Of a stretch of 28,044 nt of DNA, positions 17,076-27,700 are shown in pieces; within the stretch, counting starts at the first letter, position 1; each line of letters begins with the position of its first letter. Both the position numbers and the translations under genes were made by a program. Below the pieces are notes generated by a model. It saw only the letters and a list, made by a program, of their open reading frames with translations. It was not told the DNA's origin and did not search any database. The DNA comes from Armatimonadota bacterium (lineage in GTDB: Bacteria > Armatimonadota > UBA10988): assembly GCA_016235455.1 (NCBI GenBank), contig JACRKZ010000020.1, forward strand, positions 1 to 28,044. The letters are read 5' to 3'.

Positions 17076-18242
17076 ATGAGCAGGCCGGCACCGGAGTCGG
17101 TGGAGCGCATCAAGGTCATCGGCTGCGGCGGCGGCGGCGGCAACGCCATCAACCGCATGGTCGAGGCCGGACTGCGAGGCGTCGAGTTCATCGCCATCAA
17201 CACCGATGCCCAGGTGCTTGCCGATTCCAAGGCCGACACCCGGCTGCAGATCGGCGATGGTACGACCCGCGGCATGGGCGCCGGCGGCGATCCCGACCAG
17301 GGCCGCGCCGCTGCCGAAGAGGACATGAACGACCTCATGATGGCCGTCGAGGGCGCCGATATGGTGTTCGTCACGGCCGGCATGGGCGGTGGCACCGGTA
17401 CCGGCGCCGCGCCCGTCGTGGCCGAGTGCGCCCGCAAGGTCGGCGCGCTGACCGTGGCCGTGGTCACCAAGCCCTTCTCGTTCGAAGGCCGCCGCCGCCT
17501 GGAAGTGGCGCGCGAGGGCCTGCGCGAACTCAAGATGCACGTCGACACGCTGATCACCGTGCCCAATGAGAACCTGATGCACGTGGTCGACAAGCGCGCC
17601 CCGCTGATCGACGCGTTTCGTCTGGTCGACGACATCCTGCGCCAGGGCGTGCAGGGCATCGCCGACCTGATTACCACGCCGGGCCTGATCAACCTGGACT
17701 TCAACGATGTGCGCGCGGTCATGAAGGACGCCGGCTCGGCGCTGATGGGCATCGGCGTGGGCTCGGGCGAGGGCCGCGCCGCCCAGGCCGCCCAGGCCGC
17801 CACCAGCAGCCCGCTGCTCGAGGGCGACATCCGCGGCGCCAAGAGCATCCTGTTCAACATCACCGCCGGCTATGACCTGGCCGTGACCGAGGCCGAGGAA
17901 GCCGCCAGTCGCATCGCCGGTGAGACCGGCGTCGACGACACCAACGTCATCTTCGGCGTCATCCTCGATGAGCGCATGACCGACGAGCTGCGGCTGACGG
18001 TCGTGGCCACCGGCTTCGACCTCAACGAGGAGGACGGCGTCATCGGCGCGCGCCGAGTGCAGGTGGCGGTGCCGTCGTCGCTGCGTACCGGCCGCTCCAT
18101 GCCCGGTGTCTCGCAGCCCATCATGCCGCAGCGCCACGAGGCGCCCCGGCACGATCCGCAGCGACACGAGGTGCCGCCCGCCAGCAGCACGCCGCCCTCG
18201 GACGACGACCTCAACATTCCCCGGTTCCTGCGCGACAGCTAG
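17076..18242 (+). CDS. ftsZ: Cell division protein FtsZ (388 aa)
   Basis: IKVIGCGGGGGNAINRM, NTDAQ, tubulin signature GMGGGTGTG, PFSFEG, INLDFNDV (T7 loop), C-terminal peptide DLNIPRFLR. Confidence 0.98.
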   Translation: MSRPAPESVERIKVIGCGGGGGNAINRMVEAGLRGVEFIAINTDAQVLADSKADTRLQIGDGTTRGMGAGGDPDQGRAAAEEDMNDLMMAVEGADMVFVTAGMGGGTGTGAAPVVAECARKVGALTVAVVTKPFSFEGRRRLEVAREGLRELKMHVDTLITVPNENLMHVVDKRAPLIDAFRLVDDILRQGVQGIADLITTPGLINLDFNDVRAVMKDAGSALMGIGVGSGEGRAAQAAQAATSSPLLEGDIRGAKSILFNITAGYDLAVTEAEEAASRIAGETGVDDTNVIFGVILDERMTDELRLTVVATGFDLNEEDGVIGARRVQVAVPSSLRTGRSMPGVSQPIMPQRHEAPRHDPQRHEVPPASSTPPSDDDLNIPRFLRDS

Positions 18243-18248
18243 GCACTC

Positions 18249-19403
18249 ATGCCCGAGCTGGTATGGCGCGGCAAGTACGGAGCCGACGGAGCCCGGTCCA
18301 ACCTGGTGCCGTCGGCTTCACCCGTTTTGCTCGCCCGGCGTGAGCGGCATCGCGGCGCCGGCTGGGGCCTCCTGGCCTGGGGCGACAACGTGGCCGTGGC
18401 CGACGCCTGGCTGGCTGAGTTCGCCGGCCAGGTCGACCTGATCTACCTCGACCCACCGTTCGGTGTCGGCGAGGCCTTTGCCGTCAACGATCAGCACGGT
18501 GCGGCGGCGTACGACGACCGTTGGCCGGACGTCGACGCCTACCTCGCCTTCATGGACGCCCGTCTGGCGGCTGCGCAACGGCTGCTGGCGCCCACGGGTA
18601 GCTTGTGGCTGCACTGCGACCATCACACCGGTCCGCTGCTGGCGCTGCTGTGCGACGAGCGGTTTGGCCGCGGCGACCGCGAGCGGAACGGATCGCCTGG
18701 CTTCCGCAACGAGGTCATCTGGCACTACGGCCTGGGCGGCTCCAGCGCGCGCTGCTATGCCAAGAAGCATGACTTGCTGCTGTGGTACAGCGCCTCGTCG
18801 CGTTGGCATTTCGAGCCGCCGATGGTGCCCGCGACCTCGCAGCGCATGGCCGGGCTGGACAAGAAGTGTCCCGACGTGTGGGCCATCCCATCGATCAACA
18901 ACCAGGCCCATGAGCGCACCGGCTACCCGACGCAGAAGCCCGAGCCGCTGCTCGAGCGCATCATCGCCTCCTGCAGCCGGCCGGGCGACCTGGTGGCCGA
19001 CCTGTTCTGCGGCTCGGGCACGACGCTGGCCGTGGCCGGCCGGCTCGGCCGGCGCTGGCTGGGCTGCGATGCCGGCCCCGTGGCCATCGCCACCTGCCGC
19101 CGGCGGCTCAGTGCGGCCGGGCTGCACTTCGAGCTGCACAGCGCCGAGCCGCTGCCGGCGTTCGACGCGTCGGGCCTGGCCGTCAGGTGCGATGCGGGCT
19201 ACATGGCCCTGGTGGGCGACGTGTCGGGCGTCGAGGCCTGGTTTGTGATCGCGGGCGACGAGGTCACGTGGCTGCACGCGCGCAGTCGTGGCGAGCCAGT
19301 ACTGGCGACCGTGGCGCCGGCGGGCGAGGCGGCTTGGGTGGTGGACCGTCAGGGCTGCCTGGCTCGACTACCGCAGATACCGCGCCCTCGGCTGGAACTC
19401 TGA
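18249..19403 (+). CDS. Orphan site-specific DNA methyltransferase, beta class (N6-A/N4-C)
   Basis: Motif IV LIYLDPPF precedes YPTQKPE and motif I DLFCGSGTT. FRNEVIWHY present. N-terminal ELVWRGKY as in Mod-like enzymes. No adjacent nuclease. Confidence 0.88.
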   Translation: MPELVWRGKYGADGARSNLVPSASPVLLARRERHRGAGWGLLAWGDNVAVADAWLAEFAGQVDLIYLDPPFGVGEAFAVNDQHGAAAYDDRWPDVDAYLAFMDARLAAAQRLLAPTGSLWLHCDHHTGPLLALLCDERFGRGDRERNGSPGFRNEVIWHYGLGGSSARCYAKKHDLLLWYSASSRWHFEPPMVPATSQRMAGLDKKCPDVWAIPSINNQAHERTGYPTQKPEPLLERIIASCSRPGDLVADLFCGSGTTLAVAGRLGRRWLGCDAGPVAIATCRRRLSAAGLHFELHSAEPLPAFDASGLAVRCDAGYMALVGDVSGVEAWFVIAGDEVTWLHARSRGEPVLATVAPAGEAAWVVDRQGCLARLPQIPRPRLEL

Positions 19404-20201
19404 CCGCTGCACGGGCTCCGCCACGCCCAACACCTCGCCGTCGAGCTGGCACTGGCCGTCGGTGACCTTGATGCTGTGCCAGGTCACGGGCAGCGGGAAC
19501 CCGAGACTCTTCTCCAAGTCGATCAGCGGGTTCAGCCGCGCGGCGATGGTGTCCTTCATGGCTGGCGCGAGCTGCAGGCGGCCGGTGTCGATGGCGGCAT
19601 CGCGCAGCACCACCTTGGTGCCGCCCTCGATGGCCACGGTGCCGCTGATGGCCACGGGGAAGGCGGCCAGGATGACCGGCACCTTGGCGCGCGCGAAGAG
19701 CCGTCCGCCCTCGAAGGTGATCCTGGTGTCCAGCAGTTCGGGGAAGGACGCCTTGGCCAGGCCGTCCAGGTCGCCATTGCGCAGGACGACGCGCACCAGT
19801 TGCTGGCCCACGGTGGTCACGCGCAGCTCGCCGCCGACGGCCGCGGTGACCAGGTCGTAGGCCAGGTCACGCGCCTCGAAGCGCACCTCGGAGGCCGTCG
19901 TGTTGTCCAGATGAGCCTGGGTGATCACCACCACGAGCCGCTGTATGCGGGCCTTGGGCGACCGTGGGATGGGGACTGGCAGCAGGGCCTCGACGGGGAT
20001 CCGTTTGACGTCGACGTCGTGGATGTCGATGCGCAGCGTATCCACATCGCCCACATGACCGGCCGCGGGCACCTCGGCCGACACCTTGACGCGACCGGCC
20101 CGCGACTGCTCGGCCAGCGACGTCTCCAACGCGGTCACGTCGCCAGGGACCAGACTGAGACCGAACAGGGCTGCCAGGAAGGCGCCAATCAGGTAACCCA
20201 T
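19368..20201 (-). CDS. Exported/membrane-anchored LmeA/DUF2993-like protein (277 aa)
   Basis: Hydrophobic N-terminus, beta-rich body, C-terminal 'LNPLIDL...GFPLPV...IKVTDG...LDG'. The 3' end overlaps the MTase 3' end by 36 bp. Family call tentative. Confidence 0.6.
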   Translation of the reverse strand: MGYLIGAFLAALFGLSLVPGDVTALETSLAEQSRAGRVKVSAEVPAAGHVGDVDTLRIDIHDVDVKRIPVEALLPVPIPRSPKARIQRLVVVITQAHLDNTTASEVRFEARDLAYDLVTAAVGGELRVTTVGQQLVRVVLRNGDLDGLAKASFPELLDTRITFEGGRLFARAKVPVILAAFPVAISGTVAIEGGTKVVLRDAAIDTGRLQLAPAMKDTIAARLNPLIDLEKSLGFPLPVTWHSIKVTDGQCQLDGEVLGVAEPVQRSEFQPRARYLR

Positions 20202-20210
20202 GCGCTGGCC

Positions 20211-20936
<726 letters not shown>

Positions 20937-20969
20937 GTGGCCGGATGCCTCCCAGATGATGCTCCGGGC

Positions 20970-20998
20970 AGTGTGGCAGCGCTGGCGCGGGGAGTCAA
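20970..20998 (-). promoter_or_regulatory. Putative promoter for livF
   Basis: Minus strand TTGACT (20998-20993), 17 bp, CACACT (20975-20970), with extended -10 TG. Confidence 0.45.
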
Positions 20999-21177
20999 CG
21001 GTGACGAGTCGGCGTAGCGCGCGCACCTGTTAGGCTTAGGTAATCTACGGTCCCGAGAAGGGACTTGACATCGAACCGCGAATAGGCTCAGTGCGCCGGG
21101 TAGGGTGGCTATGCGACCCCGACGAGCCCGAGCACGCGGTCGACGGCGAGAGCCCGAGACGCGCCAGAGGTACCAGA

Positions 21178-22113
21178 GTGGCGACGACAACGATCAAGAC
21201 GGGTCTAGAACCCGCCTTCACGCCTCGCGGCGATACGCGCACCGGCAATGAGCCAGGCTTCGGTCAGTCCGTACTGGATCTGGTCGAGCCGCTGACCGAC
21301 GATCTCGATGTCGGCACGGGCCTGCCGCTGAGAGTCCGCCATCGCGGCGACGGCGCCGAGATGGTGCTGGTGCCCGCCGGCGTGTTTGTGCGCGGCTCCG
21401 ACCAGGGCGAGCCCAACCAGCAGCCGGCGCGCGACATCTGGCTGGATGCCTTCTACATCGACGTCTATCCCATCTGCAACGAGCGCTATCAGGGCTTTGT
21501 CGAGTTCATCAACGCCACCGACGACCACCGCAACTGCTATCCCGCGGAGCATCTGTCGAGCGTGACGCGCGAACTGAACCACACGCCGCGCATGTGCGCG
21601 CACTGGGTGCGTGGCTACAACGGTGAGCGGCACAAGCGCCTGGGCACTCCCAACCAGCCGGTGGTCACCATCACCTGGTACGACGCCTATGCTTACGCCG
21701 GCTGGGCCGGCAAGTCGTTGCCCACCGAGGCGCAGTGGGAGAAGGCGGCGCGCGGCGCCGATGGCCGGCTGTTCCCGTGGGGCGAGCGCTGGGATCCCAC
21801 CTGCCTCAACGCCGGGCTGCGCGCCAACTGCACCACCGCCGTCGACGCCTTCCCCCAGGGCCGCAGCCCGTATGGTGTCTACGACATGCTGGGCAACGTG
21901 TGGGAATGGTGCATCGACCGCTACGACCGGCGCGGCTATGTCAACGGCTCCAATCGCAACCCCATCGGCCCGGCCAGCGGCCTGGACCGCGTCTGTCGGG
22001 GCGGTGCCTGGAACTACATTCGCGAGTACGCGGCCGCCACGGTGCGCCATGCTTTCGGACCCAGCGAAGCCTATGACTTCGTCGGGTTCCGCACCGTGCT
22101 CAGCATCACCTAG
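21178..22113 (+). CDS. FGE-sulfatase (SUMF1/EgtB/PvdO) fold protein
   Basis: MVLVPAGVFVRGS, PVVTITWYDA, LPTEAQWEKAARG, FPWG, YDMLGNVWEW, RGGAW, GFR. Start uncertain (GTG 21178 with AGAGG preferred over 21091). Confidence 0.85.
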   Translation: MATTTIKTGLEPAFTPRGDTRTGNEPGFGQSVLDLVEPLTDDLDVGTGLPLRVRHRGDGAEMVLVPAGVFVRGSDQGEPNQQPARDIWLDAFYIDVYPICNERYQGFVEFINATDDHRNCYPAEHLSSVTRELNHTPRMCAHWVRGYNGERHKRLGTPNQPVVTITWYDAYAYAGWAGKSLPTEAQWEKAARGADGRLFPWGERWDPTCLNAGLRANCTTAVDAFPQGRSPYGVYDMLGNVWEWCIDRYDRRGYVNGSNRNPIGPASGLDRVCRGGAWNYIREYAAATVRHAFGPSEAYDFVGFRTVLSIT

Positions 22114-22131
22114 GCCAGGTTCGGTACCAAC

Positions 22132-24728
22132 ATGCCCGTCCGCATCATCGCCTGCGGCGTCTTTGAACGCGAACTGCAGGCGCTGGCCGGTCAGACGACC
22201 GTGCCGTTCGACGTGGAACTGCTCGACGCCGGCCTCCATGACCGGCCCGACCAGTTGCATCTGGCCCTGCAGGAGTCCATCGACCGGGCCACCGGCTACG
22301 AGGCCATCGGGCTGCTCTACGGGCTTTGCGGGCGCGGCGCGGCAGGCCTCATCGCGCGCGATGTGCCGCTCGTCATCCCCCGCGCCCACGACTGCGTGGC
22401 CGTTTTTCTGGGCTCGCCCGAGGCCTATCGCGAGCAGTTCCGCGCCACGCCAGGCACGCTCTACCTGACGCCCGGCTGGTTCGAGCAGAAGGTCCACCCC
22501 GACAGCCTGCGCCTGCAGTCGGTGGCCGATGGCTGGTGGCCCGACCAGCACCCAAAGTTCGCGGAGTGGTCGGACAGCTACGGCGCCGACAACGCCAAGA
22601 TGATCGTCGCCTTCCTCGAGGCTTGGCGCGGCAACTACGAACGCATCGCGCTGATCGACAACGGTCTGGGCGACCCGGAGCGTTACCAGCAGTACGCCCG
22701 GGAGCTGTCGGCGGCTAGCGGCTGGCGCTACGAGCGCTTGCGCGGCCGGCTCGACTGGATCCACGCGCTGGTCGACGGGCCGCACAGCCCGGCCGGCTTC
22801 CTGACCGTGCCGCCGGGCCATCGCGTGGTGACTACGCACGATGCGCGCATCTTCGCCGCCGTGCCCACGGGCCTGACCGGCCAGCAGCCCGGCAGCGGCG
22901 CCGAGCCCGGCCGCTTCGTCTTCCGCGACGAGGCCGCGCCCACGCAGCGCACGGGCTACGGCCTGGGCATCGACGCTGGAGGCACGTACACCGACGCGGC
23001 CGTGCTGGACTTCGGCGTGGAGGCGGTGGTGGCCAAGGCCAAGGCGCCAACCACCCACGAGGACCTGATGATCGGCGTCGGTGAGGCGCTGGGCGCGCTC
23101 GACCGCGACCTGCTGGGCAAGGTCTCCGTGGTCAGCCTGTCGACCACGCTGGCCACCAACGCGCTGGTCGAGGACCGCGGCGCGAGCGTCGGCCTGCTGC
23201 TGATGCCGGTCGACGCCAAGGCCGCCGAGATGATCGCCACGCGCCCGCTGCGCATCGTGCCGGGCAAGCTGTCCATCGACGGCGCCGAGCGCCAGCCGGT
23301 GGACCAGGCGGCGGTGCTGGCGGCCGTGGACGAGCTGTTGGCCGAAGGCGTCGAGGCCATTGCGGTCAGCGGCTACGGCGGCGCCTCCAACCCGGCACAC
23401 GAGCAACTCGTGGCGCGGCTGGCGGCGGAACGCTCGGGCCTGCCGGTGGTCTGCGGCCACGAGCTGACCGGCCGGCTGAACTTCGTGCGCCGCGCCCACA
23501 CGGCGGTGCTCAACGCGCGGCTAATGCCGGTCATCAACCGCCTGCTCGACGCGGTGGCCAGCGTGCTGGCGCAGCACGGCGTGCGCGCGCCGCTCTATGT
23601 GGTGCGTGGCGACGGCTCGCTGCTGGCGGTGTCGGCGGCGCGGCAGCGGCCGATCGAGACCATCGCGACAGCCAGATCCATCTGCTCGAAGGCGGGCTGA
23701 AAATCGGCATCGGGCCGGGCCGCGTGGAGCCGCTGTCGTTCTGTGCCCAGCGCCACCCCGCGGTGACCGTCGAGTTGCGCGAGATCGCCGCGCTGGCGGT
23801 CGAGAATCCGCTGTCTCAACTTCATGTGGAGTGGTTCCGCATCGCCGGCCCGCGACCGCGCGCGGTACTGACCGACCGCGAGGAGGCGCTGCTGACCGTG
23901 CTGGCCGATGGTCCGCGCTCGCGCCGCTGGCTGCGTGCCAAGCTCGGCGCCATGGCGCTGGAACTGCTGCCGACCAAGCGGTTGGAGCAATGGGGCACCA
24001 TCCGCCGCTGCGCGCTGACGCCGACCGACGTGCTGCATGTGCTGGGCCGGTACAGTCGCCACGATGTGGAGGCGGCGCGGCTGGGGGCGAGTGTGCTGGC
24101 GCGGTTCTGCGGCAAGGATGTCGAGACCTTCTGCCGCTGGGTGGAGTCGACCTTCCACGAGCTGGTGGCGATGGCCATTGTGCGCCGCGAGCTGTCGCTG
24201 ACACTGGGCGATCCTGGTGCCGACGACCATCCGCTGCTGGCCGCGCTGCTGACCGAGCTGGTCACCCAACGCCGTCAGCCGCGGCGCGAGTTCGACCTGT
24301 CGTTCACGGCCAAGCGGCCCATCGTGGGCATCGGCGCGCCAGCCCAAGCCTTCGTGCCGGCGGCGGCGGCGCTGGTCGGCGGCCGCGTCATCGTGCCGCC
24401 GCACGCCGAGGTGGCCAACGCCGTCGGCGCGGTGACCGGCCACGTGACGATCCGCGAGACGGTGCGCATCCAGCCCGAGACCGACGGCGGATTCGTGCTG
24501 GTCAGCCCATTGGGCCGAGGCGAGTATGGCACGCTGGCCGAAGCCCAAGCCGGCGCGACCGACCTGCTGGTGGCGCATCTCCGTGCCCGCGCGGCGCAGT
24601 TCGGCACGGCCAGCCGCGAGGTCACCATCGACGTGCGCGAACGCAATGGTCAGTTGGCCGATGGCGGGGTGCAGTTGCTGGAGCTGGTGGTGCTGGGCAC
24701 GCTGGATGGGGTGCCGCTGGTGGGCTGA
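22132..24728 (+). pseudogene. DUF1638 + hydantoinase/oxoprolinase A fusion, disrupted by an internal deletion and frameshift near 23664
   Basis: DUF1638-type motifs (IIACGV, GLHDRP, YGLCG, HDC...LG, YLTPGW), then LGIDAGGTYTD, LSTTLATNAL, AHTAVLNARL, RPIETI. The frame then ends at 23700, while the homologous C-terminal part (DSQI...IGPGRVEPL...LTPTDVLH...VANAVGA) continues in another frame from 23667 to 24728. Confidence 0.8.
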
Positions 24729-24795
24729 GCGTGACAAGCGCGCCCGTCGGCAGGATTCGGGCCTAACGTCACCAACGCCGGTCGCGGAGAGCCCC

Positions 24796-27700
24796 ATGAC
24801 CCGCGCGCTGCTTGTGCTCCTGACCCTAACAGCGGCTCTCGCCGCGCCACCACCACCCGCCGGTGACGTCTTCCTCGAAGGCGAGTCGTCCGCCGATCAT
24901 AACTTCACCACCGTCGGTCGCGACCCGGCCTTCGCGCCGTGCTACGGCTCGGCCATCCTGCAACTCCAAACCACCAACCCCGCCCCAGCCGGCGGCTACC
25001 ATGCCACCTGGCGGCCGACCGTCGCGCAGGCTGGGTGGTATGAGGTGCTGCTGGCCGCCACCCGACCCGAGGCCGCCGCCGCGGGGCTCAGCCCGTTCTC
25101 GGTGCAGGTCGGCGAGTGTCGCCCGCGCGATCTGGCCGGCTATGCCGTCACGCAGCGCTATGGGCCGGGCGAGATCTTCGGCTGGGTCAGCGCCGGGCGC
25201 TATCAGTTGCCGGCCGGGGCGACCGCGATCACCGTGCGTTGCGACACGCGGAGGGCCAGCGACCAGGCCTATCTGTGCTATGTCGACGCGCTTGCGTTGC
25301 GACGCGTCGATGCGCCCGTGGCCACGGCCTCGTGGCTGGCGGGTGGCGAGCTGAGCGCCGCGTTCGGGCTGACGCGCCGGCCGGTGCTGCCGCAGTTGGC
25401 GGTGTTGTGCGACGGCGCGTTCACCGCGCGGCTCAACGGGCAGCAGGTGGCCAGCGGGTCGGGCACCGCGCGCTGGACGATTGCCGATGTGCGCGAACGG
25501 CTGGTGGTCGGACGCAACACGCTGAGCGTGTCGGCCGCTGGCCCGGTGCTGGTCAAGCTGGCGGAGTTCCGGGGCGGTCAGCCGTCGAACCTGCTGCTGG
25601 CCAGCGGCGCGGCGTGGCGGGCGGGTGACGGTCCGGCCAAGGTGCTCGGCCCCGAGACGATGGCGCCATATGGCGATTGTGGAGGTCTGCCCATGGTGAC
25701 CGCACGCGTCGGCCGGACGACCATCCCCTTCAAGGTGGGCAATCTGTCGGTGGACCTGCTGATGGCCGAGGCGCGTGGCCAGAAGCGGCCCGAGCCGGGC
25801 CCGCAGACGCAGTTCGACGCCTGGCACGAGCAGGCCGGCATCAGCGTGGTCGAGGACTACCAGTGCTGGCTGCCGCTGGAGCCCGTGCGCGACCAGTATC
25901 GCTGGGAGTTCTACGAGAACAACGCCGCCGAACTCGAGAAGCGCGGCATGAAGTACGCGATCTACCCGTGGCTGCACTTCGCGCCGGCCTGGGCGCGTGA
26001 GAGCGAGCTGTGGGAGCCGCTGGTCAACCTGGCCGACGGCAAGACGACCTTCGCGCCGTCCATCTGGTCGCCCAAGACCGAGGCGCTGTTCGACCGCTAC
26101 TACCGGGCGCTGCATGCGCGCATGGGCGACCGGGTCAAGGAGATCTACGTCGCCATGGTCACCGATTACGGCGAGGTGGGCTATCCCATCGGCATGGCCG
26201 ATTGGGTGGTGCCCGCGCCGTACAAGGGGCCGGGCTGGTGGTGCGGTGACGCTATGGCGCGGGCCGATTTCGCGCGGAAGATGACCGCGCAGGCCGGCGA
26301 TCTGGCCCGGCTGAACCAGCGCTGGGGCACGCAGTGGACGGCGGCCGAGCAGATCACCTATCCCGCCGAGACAGCCACCGACGGACCGGCCTTCGACGTG
26401 CTGGCCAAGCTGCCGCCAGCCGAGCGGGCCCAGGCGCGGCGCCGCTGGCTGGACTTCTCAGCCTGGTACCTGGATAGCATGGCCGACTTCGCCGGCCGGG
26501 CGGTGGGCATCTCGCGGCGCTACTACCCGAACACGCCGCATGAGATCAAGATCGGCTTCGGCAGCGAGAAGCTGCGCAACGGCGCTGACTACAGCGAGTA
26601 CGTGGCGCGCTCAAAGGCCGACCGCTACACGGTCCGCTCGACGCACGGCAAGCTGCCGCCGTACTTCTATCGCCGTTTCTCCACCGCCGCCAAGCACTAC
26701 GGCACGCCGCTGGTCACCGAGCCACCCAGCGAGGTGAGCCGCGATGAGGAGGTCGAACGCATCTTCAAGGACGCCAGCTCGGGCACCACGGAGTACTTCG
26801 ACTACCCAGCCAACTACCTGGGCGCCACCGACCTTTTCGCGCGGTACGGCGGGTACATGGAGGGCCGGCACTCGCTGACCGAGGTGGCGTACTTCCTGCC
26901 CACCACCGACCATCGCCTCCGGCCCGGGCAGGACAACCCGAAGCACCTGCTGGACGCCTGCGGGGCCAGCCGCGACCTGTTCGACTGGGACCTGCTGGAT
27001 GAACGGCTGGTGCGCGCCGGCTTCCTGCGGGGCTATCGTGCGCTGCTCATGCCCGAAGGCAACGTCATCGAGGCCGACGTGCTGGAGCGGCTGCGCGCCT
27101 GGGTCGAGGCCGGCGGCTGGTTGATCGCCGCCGACCGCGGGCCGGTGGAGACCGTCGAGGGCCAGTCGGCCGACGACCTCTTCGCCGACCGCGCCGCGGC
27201 GCCGCGCTGGCAGGATGCCATGGCCGCGCAAGGGACGCCGCTGCCCGCCTGCCGGGTGGACATCGGCGCCGAGGGCGACGAGCCGTTGTTGGTGGGCGAC
27301 TGGGGCTTTGCCGAGAGCGGGCACTGGGAGTGGGGCGGCGAGCCGAACGTCATCCGCAAGCGCTGGACCGGCGCCCGCGCCGGCGTGCTGCTGCCGGTCG
27401 ACCCGACGCGCAGCTACGAGCTGGCCATCGCCGTCGCGCTGCACCCCAAGCGCTTCGCGCAGGCCGGCAGCGTCCTGGTCAATGGTCAGAAGGTGGGCGA
27501 TATCGAGCCCACGCGCAGTTCGGTCTTCCGCGCCACGCTGTCGCCCGCGCTGCTCGCTGGCCGGCGCGTGGCCGAGGTGACGGTGACCACCGCGCCGTGG
27601 CGGCCCAGCGAGGTCGACGGCAGTACCGACAGCCGCACGCTGGGTCTGGCGGTGCGCTGGTTCAAGCTGTGGCAGGCCGGCCAACCCGAGCCCGACACGG

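Noticed and set aside
18126-18175. 20-nt direct repeat with 30-nt period in ftsZ (PQRHE x2)
   Set aside because: Small duplication in the disordered FtsZ linker, which is commonly variable.
23724-24728. Independent 334-aa gene
   Set aside because: No RBS, and homology continues upstream of the GTG to 23667. It is the C-terminal part of the broken hydantoinase-like gene.
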